DNA of 64,000 nt from Tubulanus polymorphus (lineage: Eukaryota > Animalia > Nemertea), in the NCBI RefSeq assembly GCF_964204645.1, contig NC_134025.1, positions 17,955,101-18,019,100 on the forward strand, written 5' to 3'. Below the pieces are notes generated by a model. It had not been told where the DNA came from. It searched no databases and saw nothing but the letters and a program-made list of their open reading frames with translations. Positions 1 to 10,214 of this stretch are shown here, piece after piece. The translations under genes were made by a program, and so were the position numbers. Each line of letters starts with the position of its first letter. Position 1 is the stretch's first letter.

Positions 1-44
1 GCCAAGTTTGAGACCATTGCGTAAAAGGTTTTTTTGGGGTACCG

Positions 45-962
45 TTAATATCTTACTGGATAGTTTACGACTTCCACAATTTTTTCTTTGATGTTTTCGG
101 GTTCGGCACCTCTGTAATGTACTGATGGTTTATGGCCATTTTGTATTTCAAATATGGTTGTATCTTCTGCGACCTTTTCTTTATGTATCCTTGCAGTATT
201 ATCGGCTAGTTTTTGAATTCTTGAATGAGTTTCGCGCAAGCATCTAAATGGTCGACTTGTGAGTTCACTTATATTGAAATGGTTATTTCTACGTATGATA
301 CCAATGACCATTTTTTCGTGATTACATTCACCAGGGGGAAATTTCATCCATGTACCTGCACCGTTGATGTTGGTTTGCACGAATATGTCAATTGAATATA
401 AATACGATGCGACTATGATATCCGCCTCTGCGGCCCATGAGTCAGTGTGACCATCTTCTCTTAGTACATTACGGGTGTGAATATCATAGTCCCCATCTAT
501 GTATGGTTCGTATTCGACAATATTTGTTTGAAGCTCACATGCTATTTCTCATCTAACCCTTTTGTATAATTCCTCATCACCATAAATAGAGTGTGCAATA
601 CACCTATAGAAACAATTTCCATTTTCATTTCTATATATCTGGATCAATGGTTCCACACTGGCTGTTGTTAACTAAGGTCCAGAATTTTTTCTGCTTGGTT
701 TTTCGTAATTCATGTCAAGTTTTCTCACTCGGTAGTCGATATTGTCCAGTAATTCTTGTTTCGTGCTTAGTTGAGAATTTCTCTCTAATGATGTCATTAT
801 TCTTTCGTCCTCCATATCTAGTTTCATTATTTTACCCTTACAAATCTCAATGGTTTTCTTTACTAATTTATGTGAAGCTGTGTTTAAGATTCCATTTACT
901 GTCTCCAATTCCTCCGGCGTAGAATCAAAGGTTAAGTTCCATTTAATCAAAAACCTTTCGGT
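45..962 (-). pseudogene. Disrupted ORF containing an OTU-family cysteine protease (deubiquitinase-like) domain
   Basis: ORFs 672-977 and 45-380 are in one frame separated by stops at 672-674 and 549-551. Read through, it gives ENGNCFYRCIAHSIYGDEELYKRVR*EIACEL...DSWAAEADIIVASYLYSIDIFVQ...WMKF...NNHFNI, i.e. the OTU Cys loop, Trp helix and His loop. The 5' end is cut by the repeat starting at 963. Confidence 0.75.
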
Positions 963-1835
963 AGTAGTCCGGATCAAGTATAGTATATGGGATTGTAGTT
1001 CCTTCGGTGTATGATTATATAGAAACGGAAGTTGTGATTTGGCTTCTCATACGCAACGTAAAGATATCATACAGTGAGAAGTGCCGTCAATTGGATGTAG
1101 GTTAGTTTTACTTGCCGACATTGCCGACATTGGGAAAGATATATCTATTGTAGGTTAGTTTTACTTGCCCACATCGCCGACATTGGGATCGACGGATCCC
1201 AGCCACTTTATATAACGGTAAATCACGCAAACATTTAGCCTCTCGATCCCAGCCACACTTTATATAAGGGTAATCCAGGCACACACCCAGCCCCTCGATC
1301 CCAGCCACTTTATATAAGGGTAATCCAGGCACACACCCAGCCCCTTGATCCCAGCCACTTTATATAAGGGTAATCCACGCACGCACCGAGGGCCCTCGAT
1401 CCCAGCCACATTATATAAGGGTAATCCCAAACACACCCAGTCCGTCGATCCCAATGTCGGTGATGTCGGCAATTTCGGCAAGTAAAGCTTACTTACATTA
1501 AAAATATCTTTTCCAATGTCGGCGATGTCGGCAAGTAAAACTAACCTACATTGAAAATATTTTTCCCAATATCGGCGATGTCGGCAAGTAAAACTAACCT
1601 ACATTAAAGTTATCTTTCCCAATGTCGGCTATGTTGGCGATGTCAGCGAGTTAAACTAACCTACATTGAAAATCTATTTCCCAATGTCCGCAATGTCGGC
1701 GATATCGGCAAGTAAAACTAACCTACATTAAAATTTCTATCCCAATGTCGGCAATGTCGGCGATGTCGGCAAGTAAAAGTAACCTGTATTGAAAATCTCT
1801 TTCCTAATGTCGGCAATGTCGGCAAGTAAACCTAA
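963..1835 (+). mobile_element. Probable Polinton/Maverick-type terminal region with internal tandem and inverted subrepeats
   Basis: Starts AGTAGT, a Polinton-type 5'-AG microrepeat end. Contains ~56-bp tandem units (GATCCCAGCCACTTTATATAAGGGTAATCC...) flanked by inverted arrays of CCCAATGTCGGC...AAGTAAAACTAACCTAC. A homologous copy at 4575-4890 runs directly into AT-rich virus-like DNA. Confidence 0.55.
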
Positions 1836-1960
1836 CCGGTTCAACTCCAGAATGGGTCAAAATAGTTCTATCGTGCAGGGTATTCTCAAATGAGGGGAGT
1901 GGTTCGGTTTCAAATTGCCGCCAGAAACCTTTCTCGGGTCGGGAAACCTGATTGTCGACG

Positions 1961-2013
1961 TATGTATATATTCGTATGTATATATTCGTATGTATATATT
2001 CGTATGTATATAT
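1961..2013. repeat. 14-bp tandem repeat (TATGTATATATTCG) about x4
   Basis: Directly visible just before the splice acceptor of the 31-nt exon. Confidence 0.9.
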
Positions 2014-2018
2014 TGTAG

Positions 2019-2049
2019 GGCGATCGCATGTCGGAAGAGGATATCGCAA
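2019..2049 (+). CDS. Calmodulin-like gene, 31-nt coding exon (GDRMSEEDIA)
   Basis: TGTAG acceptor and GTAAGT donor. Size and phase equal canonical calmodulin exon 2 (ADQLTEEQIA). The ATG-only first exon was not located. Confidence 0.8.
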
Positions 2050-2247
2050 GTAAGTAACTGATAAGCCTCAAATTACGTACGTAATGAAAGATTCTTCTAA
2101 AATCATTTGGGCGATATTAGTTGTTTGCCGGTATCTCGTTTTCCTACTACATCAGGTGACCTCATGTCTGTTCGAAGTCATGCCTGAAATCATAAACTGG
2201 CATGTCTAAATCAGTACCATGATCTGTCTGGTCTACGTATGTTATAG

Positions 2248-2391
2248 GATGTCGGGAAACGTTTTCATTTTACGATAAGGACAATGACGGTTTCATACAC
2301 GTTTCTGAAATAGGCGAAGCCGTGCGAATACTTGGAAGAAATCCAACCCAGGCAGAAGTTGTTGACTTAGTAAAGACCATTGATTCTGAAG
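2248..2391 (+). CDS. Calmodulin-like gene, 144-nt exon (EF-hand 1 and start of EF-hand 2)
   Basis: AG...GT bounded, phase 1/1. Translates CRETFSFYDKDNDGFIHVSEIGEAVRILGRNPTQAEVVDLVKTIDSE(G). 144 nt equals canonical calmodulin exon 3. Confidence 0.88.
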
Positions 2392-2408
2392 GTACATAGT
2401 GATTGATT

Positions 2409-2815
2409 AGGCCAAAAAATGATACCTTGTTTCTCATAAAAATCGTAAACACTAAATGCTGCCGGCCAGGCCTAGAGATAATACCGTCTTCTTTTTATGA
2501 TGAAAGTAAAAACCGACCTCAAAAATTGGGAAAACAGGAAAATAGGGATGATCCAACATCTGGCAATCAAACTAAACTAACAGGCCTACTAGAATAGTTT
2601 TTTGACAAACAGTAAGAACTTCTGAAAACCATATGCTGTACTTTTTATTTTTTTTTCTATTTTAAAGATTTTCAGTGGAAACTGTTTTTGAATAAAAATA
2701 AAAAAGGCTGGCCTGGTGGAAATATGTCAAATTACATAATTTTTTGGGGAATAAAATTGTTTTGGGGCATACAGTTTTCCTTCAAAAATGAGAAACAAGG
2801 TATCATTTTTGGCTT
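2409..2815. mobile_element. MITE / non-autonomous DNA transposon
   Basis: ~28-bp terminal inverted repeats AGGCCAAAAAATGATACCTTGTTTCTCAT / ATGAGAAACAAGGTATCATTTTTGGCTT. A related end occurs at ~11161. Confidence 0.7.
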
Positions 2816-3611
2816 TACAATGACATTTCGCAATTCTCCATTGCTTTACCCCGTTAGGTGATAAGGGCATCGCAGCTTTTGTTATGCGGGCAAAATGGGT
2901 ATAGTAGTACTTCATGTGGGAATAGCCGCCTTTTAAATTCACCACTACCATGTACCTTACAGCGCATGCGCCAATCCGTTGGACTTTTGAATACGCTGAT
3001 ATTTCTAAGAAAGTACTCGAAAAAATGATGGGATTCGAACACGCAAGCACTGGTGTACTAGGGCAAAATTGTACCCACGAAACTACAGCAGTGACACTTC
3101 AGCTCGTCACTTTTTCACCACTAATAACCCACCGTACAATATTGCACAACGGTACCCTAACCCCCTGGACCCTATTTTTACCATCTCGACGCTGGAGTCC
3201 TAGTTTCCTGCAGTTGAAAGAGGTGTCATATTGCTTTTGAAGTCCGAGCATGCACAACGAGGTACCATTTACCCTTTAATTTCTCATGACTTCTGTTTAA
3301 CTAAGCAATTTAAGTACCTATTGATACCTTTAAAATGTCGAAAATTCGTTCAACTCAAATGTTCAACAAATGTTGAAATGTATTTTATGTCTCCTATGTT
3401 AAACCATACATTTAAATTTACTCAATATTCGTTCAACTCGAACTGTTATTGACCAAAATTACGTTCAAACTCCTCTAAACTGGAATTATCGAACACAATT
3501 ATCGATAAGAATATACAAGCGTTTATTGCTTTAATTGGTACGTATGTCATCCCCGAGAGATATGACACGTTAAAATTCTGACATCGGCTGCCCATTTATA
3601 GGTTATTTCAC

Positions 3612-3790
3612 GGAGCGCTGTGACCGAGCGGTTAGAGCGTTCGACTCAGGGAAGCCAGGTCGTGGGTTCGAACCCCGTACATTGCCGTAGTGTCCTCAGG
3701 CAAGACACTTATCCTCATTGCCTCTCTCCACCCAGGAGTAAAGTGCTCTGAGCAGCCTGGCTGGATTTAGTGCTATATATTATTATTATA
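3612..3790 (+). mobile_element. tRNA-derived SINE
   Basis: tRNA-like head with A box (TGACCGAGCGG) and B box (GGTTCGAACCC), a SINE-core-like body (GTGTCCTCAGGCAAGACACTTA...CTCTCCACCCAGGAGTAAA) and a (TTA)n tail. Confidence 0.75.
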
Positions 3791-3849
3791 TTCACGTCAC
3801 CCGCAAAAGCTGCAACTTCGACCAATCATATTTTTGTTGTTACTGATCC

Positions 3850-4440
3850 TACAGGTCTGAAATTAATCTAGATCAGCAATCAAAGTAAATTTGTCTCATC
3901 AAACTAAAATGTTAGGCCTATTTGTATTCCAAAAATGAAATATGTCATTTTTTAAAAATCTTGGGTGACCTTCAAGACAACATTTAATCATCAACCAGAC
4001 TATGGACCATAACATAATTGCGTGTTTACTATATGCATGAATGCAAAGAAATTTAAAGTGTTCAACAACCATTCGTTCGGTTATTGTTGCCTGCAAACAT
4101 GCCCGCGCAACGAATCATTTTACGGCAACGTCTATGCCATCAAATAGTCATGTTTCATGGCTTGAAGGTGAAATTCCATTCTGATGGTAGATAAAAAAGT
4201 CATTTTTGTGACAACGCAAAAAATTCGTGAGGTTTTAAAGTTCTTGTATTGGCTTGCAACACCATTACTGAAATATATATTTTTTGACTGGCCAGGAACA
4301 GTTTGTTCCACAAATTGTACGACTGGTTCCAAAAACGCGCGTGAACAGTTGTTGTATATCATGATTCATACGGTCCGATATTATACATATATGGATTATT
4401 TTCAGTTCCCCGTCAGATTTATCTTATCAAAGAAATGGGT
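3850..4440 (-). pseudogene. Degraded DDE-type transposase remnant (Sola-like)
   Basis: Frameshifted motifs YFSNGVASQYKNFK ... SEWNF..SSHE..FDGIDVAVK..ARACLQA resemble the FSDGxxxQYKN...SHGKxxxDGIGG transposase family. Confidence 0.5.
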
Positions 4441-4449
4441 AAAGATTTG

Positions 4450-4560
4450 CGGTTTTTTCATATCGTGGATTTACGGAATCGCGGAATTTTTACAAAAACA
4501 CGGAATTTCTTCACTTTCACTATAAATATTAACCGGGTTTTCGACACACCGAACAAACCG
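4450..4560 (+). repeat. Copy of the dispersed CGGTGTTGTCATATCGCGG long-TIR repeat family
   Basis: Homologous to 6699-6900, 22735-22793, 24178-24310 and 25107-25310. Confidence 0.75.
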
Positions 4561-5065
4561 AATATTTGGTGCTGGATCAAGTATAGTATATGGGATTGTA
4601 GTTCCTTCGATGTATGATTATATGGAAACGGAAGTTGTGATTTGGCAATGTTAAGATATCATACAGTGAGAAGTGCCGTCAATTGGATGCCAGCATTGGG
4701 AAAGATATATCTATTGTAGGTTAGTTTTACTTGCCGACAGTGCCGACATTGGGATCAACGGACCCAAGCCACTTTATAAAAGGGTAAATCACGCAAACAT
4801 CCAGCCCCTCGATCCAAGCCACTTTATGTGAGGGTATCCACGCACACACACAGCCCTCGATCCCAGCCACTTTATATAAGGGTGGTCCATCTTTAACCAT
4901 CTTTAGAATATTTATCTTTATTAAATTCTGTAAATGATTTATTTATTTTACACTTAGAACATTTCTTATAGTAAAAATTAACAACGCTATGCGTAATATT
5001 TATAGTTTTCAGCTGTTCCATTAATTATACATATTTTTATTAAAATATCATTAGAAAACTTAATT

Positions 5066-5365
5066 TCAATTATGTAATTTCTCATCTAATACATGAATAT
5101 ATCTATGAGTTTTTAAACTCTTTAAATTTTTATATCTTTTATTACATATTTCACAGCATTTAATATTATTGATTCTATCTGAAATATAATCAATGTTTTC
5201 TTTTAATTCCGCGTATCTAATTTTACAAGAATCATAGAATTCTAACAACTGTTTTATACTATAAATTGAAAAAGAAAATAAACCTGAAATCATAATAATT
5301 GATTTAATATTCTGTTGATTTTTATATATTAGATGTAATAAATTTAATACCTTACTCTCACTCAT
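5066..5365 (-). CDS. Small viral-like protein with hydrophobic segment and C-terminal C2H2 zinc finger
   Basis: CEICNKRYKNLKSLKTHRYIH is a C2H2 pattern, in AT-rich context. Confidence 0.55.
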   Translation of the reverse strand: MSESKVLNLLHLIYKNQQNIKSIIMISGLFSFSIYSIKQLLEFYDSCKIRYAELKENIDYISDRINNIKCCEICNKRYKNLKSLKTHRYIHVLDEKLHN

Positions 5366-5437
5366 TTTTATAGTTAAAATATATAAAATAAATTGAATTA
5401 AAAGATTCTGTTTTAATCCTCTATTTCTTTTAAATCA

Positions 5438-5635
5438 TTAATTTTTTTTATGATTACTTTTTCTGTGATTGTTTCCATTTAACTTCTTTAACTTTTTACT
5501 CAATTTCATATTTTTATTCATCAAATCTTTTGAAATATTTTCATAGTAAAAGTAAAGTGCAGCTAATATTAAACCTCCAGCAACTAAATAATGTTTCAAA
5601 TCACTTTTTCCAATTGGAATGCTGAAACCATCCAT
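5438..5635 (-). CDS. Small single-pass membrane protein, viral-like
   Basis: YLVAGGLILAALYFYY hydrophobic helix plus basic tail. Starts in TAAATG context. Confidence 0.5.
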   Translation of the reverse strand: MDGFSIPIGKSDLKHYLVAGGLILAALYFYYENISKDLMNKNMKLSKKLKKLNGNNHRKSNHKKN

Positions 5636-6576
5636 TTACTTAAGAGAACAATTAAAAGTAATTTGAAATATCTTATTATGAATATTTAGAGTCGAATTAT
5701 TATTTTTGAGTTATGATATTTTGATTTAAGATGGTGTGATTTATTGCTTCGAATATAATATTTTCCACAGTTACATATCGCTTTTTCATTAGGTTCGTAA
5801 TTAGGTGTTTCGATTTTATTGTCTAAATTACATTGAATTCCAACATTTTGAATGATTTTTCATTTGGAATGTCAGGGATAAATCTTTTCTCTTCTACTCT
5901 GAAAAAAAATTACATAGTATTCTCTGAAAGGGCAGTAACGTAAGTGTAAAAATAAAGATTTATGTGAATTTTCATTATTTAAAAGTGATCGTATTTCATC
6001 TATAATTATTAAATGTTGATCTATTTCATCAAATGTTGTGCATTTTGGAATTATTGTATTGAATAAGATTTTATCTTTATCATTCGATTACTCTATTATT
6101 AGATAATGATTTTTAAATATTAATTCAGTAATATTTTTCACTTGAAAACGAAAACGCCCAGTTTTAATCAAATCTTAATCAGGAATGAAATTTCTAATTG
6201 TTAGATATTTTTCTAATTCATTTAAATCGATATCTTTGAATTGTAGTATCTGTTCATTCATTTATTAGTCATTTTTCTATTAAAATTGATATTTTCTTCA
6301 ACTCGTTAATTACTCGTTACTTTTATATTGAAAATAAGAATTTAACGCATATAGATATAAATATTCACTGTTTTAGATATGAATTATTTCACTCACACTT
6401 TACTCACACTTTTTATGTTAAAAATTGATTTTTTATCATTCGAAATCTATATTTGATCTTATTTTTCTAGATTTTTCTAGCTAACATTTTACTCTCACTT
6501 TTAAAACATGAAATTTATTTTAAGATATATGAAATTCATTTAAATAATGTTCATATATATATATGAATATTATATG

Positions 6577-6698
6577 AGTAATAGGGAATATGGGAGTTCA
6601 ATTCAAAGGTTGAATGGTCGGAAAATAAATTCGAGTGTGCGAGAATTTATTTTTCGACCTTTCGACCTTTGGCTTGAACCCCCATATTCCCTATTACT
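6577..6698. repeat. ~122-nt imperfect palindrome (terminal hairpin)
   Basis: AGTAATAGGGAATATGGG...CCCATATTCCCTATTACT, with arms pairing up to a central TCGAGTGTGCGAGA region. Confidence 0.9.
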
Positions 6699-6900
6699 GG
6701 TATCGTAAAACAATTTCAGATAAAATTGCCTGCAAATGATGGGATTGGAACCTAACTGAGTGCATCGATCGGTCCGGTGCCTTGTCCGACACTGGGTATC
6801 TCCACGGGAAAACCCGGTTACTATTATTAGTGAAAATGAAAACATTCCGTGTTTTTTGGAAAATTCCGTCATTCCGTTGTTTCGCGATATGACAACACCG
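6699..6900 (-). repeat. Copy of CGGTGTTGTC repeat family abutting the hairpin
   Basis: Closely similar to 25107-25310. Confidence 0.75.
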
Positions 6901-6919
6901 CTGACACCCATCACTATTC

Positions 6920-8770
6920 CGACACCGCCGCTACGCTGTCAGGCTGTGCAATACGATATTGAAGCAGATAGATGTGAACTTAGATGATGTCTTCTATTGG
7001 ACGGACAGCTCAATAGTTCTCGGTTATATTAGTAACGAGTACGCGAGATACCGTACATATTGGCAAATCGGGTCGAAGTGATTCGAGATGGCTCCCGCGT
7101 AGATCGTTGGCGATACGTCGATACCAAATCGAATCCGGCAGACCTCGCGTCTAGGGGAATGATCTTGACGGATGAGCGAAATATCAAACTGTGGCTAACG
7201 AGGCCAGATTTCCAGTATCGGCCTTGTTCCAAGTGACCAAAACTGTCTAGCGTAAATGCACTAAAGTCGTCAGATTCCGATCCTGAAGTAAAGGTCGAAC
7301 GCTCGTGTTGTATTGTCTCCGCCGTCACAGAGAATGACCCGCCGAAGCATTCAGTGCAAGTCGTTCTAGATTGAATATCGTCGTGGCCGGCTAAGATAAA
7401 GGCTGTCGTTGCCGTGGTGTTAGTTGCGGTTAAACGTTTCACGATTCAGAGGACAATCGGTTACTTATTCGAAACCTGCCGATCTACGTTCAAGTGAATT
7501 AGATTCGGCCGAACGTTTATTAATTAGTCATGTCCATTCGGCAAAGTTTTCGGATGAGCTGTAGTCGCTTCGTGTGGGAAAAACCCTGAGTCCATTCATT
7601 CGTGATTGTTTGCTGCGTGTGGCGGTCGACTCGCGGGTTGTACGATTTCATTAATTACGAAACAACCGAAAGATTCTACATTAGCGTTACGTCTGATCCG
7701 AGTTCGCGCCCAAGATTGGGCACATGGCTACGGAAGCGATATTATCTGAATTGTGCAGACTGGTATTCTGGATCGTACAGGCCGACAAGCTTATTTGACG
7801 TTTGGTTTACAGTTGTCTCACTTCTCGGTGATATAGGGATCGCGTTGTGGAGCAAATGATGGCTGTCCTTTCAACAGAATGAGTCACCCGGAGAACCGCC
7901 GTTTACTAGAATTGGGATGGACTATTTCCGAGCATTCAAGTTCGGACCATCGCGAGCTGTGCACCTGTAGAGTGCGAACAGCCTGAAAACCGGATCGGGC
8001 ATCAATGCGATACGAAGATTCATTGCGCGTCGTGGAGTGGTGGAATTCGTACGTTCCGATAACGAGACTAGTTTAGTCGTCGCGAATAAAGAGTTGAAAG
8101 CGTGTCCGCAACGATTAGACCAGAATCAAATCTCAGGTTTTTTTAGAAATCGTTGTATAGAATGGGAGTATAATCCCCCAGCCGCATCCCATTTTTGGGC
8201 GTGTTGGAGCGTGTAATTCGGCCAGCGAGAAGTGTTTTGTATGCTCTCATGAAGGAGCAATCACACAAATTGTCTGATGAATCCTTTAACACTCTATTGT
8301 CTGAGGTCGAGGCTATATTCAATATACTATAACAGCCGCCCGATAACAAAGGTTTCTTTCGATCCAAATGATTTGGAGGCTTTGACCCCAAACCAAGCCA
8401 GGTAAATTTCTTCCGCCAGGTGTATTTGTGAAGTCTGATGATTATTCTGCTATGTACTGGAGACAAGTCCAGTATTTGGCGGACCAGTTTTGGTCGAGGT
8501 GGATTGTGGACTACTTACCTATGCTGCAAATGCAACTGAAGTGGCCTCGTGAAGCGACGTAATGCGGCAGTTGGCGATGTCGTGCTGATCGTAGATAGTT
8601 CAACAAGTAAAAGTTGGGCTATTGGTAGAGTCATTGAGACCAGGCCGGACAAACATGGTCTGGTTCGATCGGTTGTGGTGAAGACCGCCTGTAATGAGCT
8701 TACTCGCTCTGTTGACAAAATAGTATCGCTTCTAGAGGTCGAGGAACCTTTGAGTGATCGTGAGTTGTAA
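6920..8770 (+). mobile_element. BEL/Pao LTR retrotransposon pol remnant (RNase H region, integrase, C-terminal domain)
   Basis: Decayed motifs YWTDSSIVLGYI, ANRVEVIRD..WRYVDTKSNPADLASRG, PFTRIGMDYF, FIARRG..VRSDN, WRQVQYLADQFWSRW and VGDVVLIVD..WAIGRVIETRPDKHGLVRSVVVKT. Confidence 0.88.
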
Positions 8771-9247
8771 TTGTCTCACGTGAACTTTGTACTGTATTTA
8801 CCTATACCAGGGGCGGATACAGGGGGTCGCACCTGCGGCACGTGCGACCCCTTAAATTTGTCAAGTGCCCTTTTTTCAAAAAACTTCTTGTAAAATTTCC
8901 GTCCGGCCCGCTACAGCACCCGCAAAATCCGACGTCCGGACCTATGTCCGAGGTGAATTCCCTGTAATAGTGTTGCCATACAAACATGACGTCTCTGCGC
9001 TAGCCGGTTCCTGGAAGATTTATTTCTTGAAAAATGCCGAGAAAAGAGCGAATCGCTAAGAGAAAGCGGGAGGAAACTACTGCCGTCGCCGCTAAATGTC
9101 ACGCAATAGGTGAATTATTTCGGTGAGTTGTGTATTTGAGAAATATTTAACAAATGATAAAATGTTTGCGTTTTCGTCGCAGTCAGTCTGTGTGTTTGTT
9201 ATGAGTGTCACCAAAAATGTTCAGCGCACGACTCAATAAGTGTCAAA

Positions 9248-9420
9248 AAGGGCACGTCTAATTGCCAAAAATCCTAAAGGGCACATTATATTGCCAAAAA
9301 GGGCACGTTATATTGTCAAAAAGGCACGTTAAATTGCTAAAAGGGCACGTTCTGATTGCCAAAAAATCCTAAAGGGCACGTTATATTGCCAAAAAGGGCA
9401 CGTTATATTGCCAAAAATTT
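9248..9420. repeat. ~22-bp minisatellite (AAAAAGGGCACGTTATATTGCC) inside the hAT element
   Basis: Directly visible tandem copies. Confidence 0.8.
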
Positions 9421-10214
9421 ATATTGCACCAAAAATAGTTTGAGAAATCGTGGAAAGGGCAGAATTAATTTCAAAAAGGGCACATTCATATTACTTAATT
9501 GCTCTAAAGGGCATGACTCAAACTATCACATATTCTAAAAAAGGCACTTTCAGATTGCATTAAATACCATAAGTGGTAATGTTATTGCCTAAAATTCAGA
9601 AAGGGCACATTCATCACTAAAATTACACTACAAAAGAAAATACTGTCAGGCCTAAAGAGCTCATTCATCGAAATGCTCGTTAACATTAAGGGCCTCATAT
9701 ATGTTTTGTCTATTTCAGATCTGGGGCTAGGCCTATTAGGCCTTTGAGTTAAGACACACCTCAAGTGGGAGAGATAGACCGGGAAAACAGGTAGGTGCTT
9801 CAGGTACAAATCGGGAGGAAAATACAGAAATGCCGATGGTTAACATTGATATGAAGCAACCATCTCCTCATACATCTCACAGTACAGGGGCCAATGTCAA
9901 AGTTAACAATAACAACACGTATGTAGTTTCTGTGACTGTTATAAAATTTGAAGTTGAGTCTTAGTACAATTGTTTCTAAGCAATGAGTCTAGAGGCCTAG
10001 CTCAGGTGAAAAAAAATTTCCTGGGGTCATATAATAAGCTTTGCTATTGAATGTGTCCTGAATTACGGCTGATGTAACGCATTCTAGAGGATAATTCTGT
10101 ATCAATTTTATACATGTGTATGGCACAAAAAGTATGTTAATGTACATAATTTATGATGCGGTTAAATGTTAGCAAGTTTATTTAAAAATTGCCTTTCTCC
10201 ATTTCCTTTTTAGG

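Larger units (their letters stand above)
4575..6698 (-). mobile_element. AT-rich Polinton-like fragment: repeat terminus at left, small ORFs, terminal palindrome at right
   Basis: 4575-4890 duplicates the 971-1400 repeat. 4890-6576 is extremely AT-rich. 6420-6450 matches the IDFE*-spacer end of the small ORF at 52090-52120. The block ends in the AGTAATAGGG palindrome. Confidence 0.7.

Noticed and set aside
1108-1481. ORFs of 73-74 aa, and a CRISPR-like look of the repeats at 1100-1830
   Set aside because: The ORFs are translations of tandem repeats. Units are contiguous without unique spacers, there are no cas genes, and the context is eukaryotic.
3612-3680. Possible tRNA genes (also 53454-53545, ~23195-23285, ~30410)
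   Set aside because: A and B boxes are present but no complete cloverleaf. The two clearer cases continue into SINE bodies and tails.
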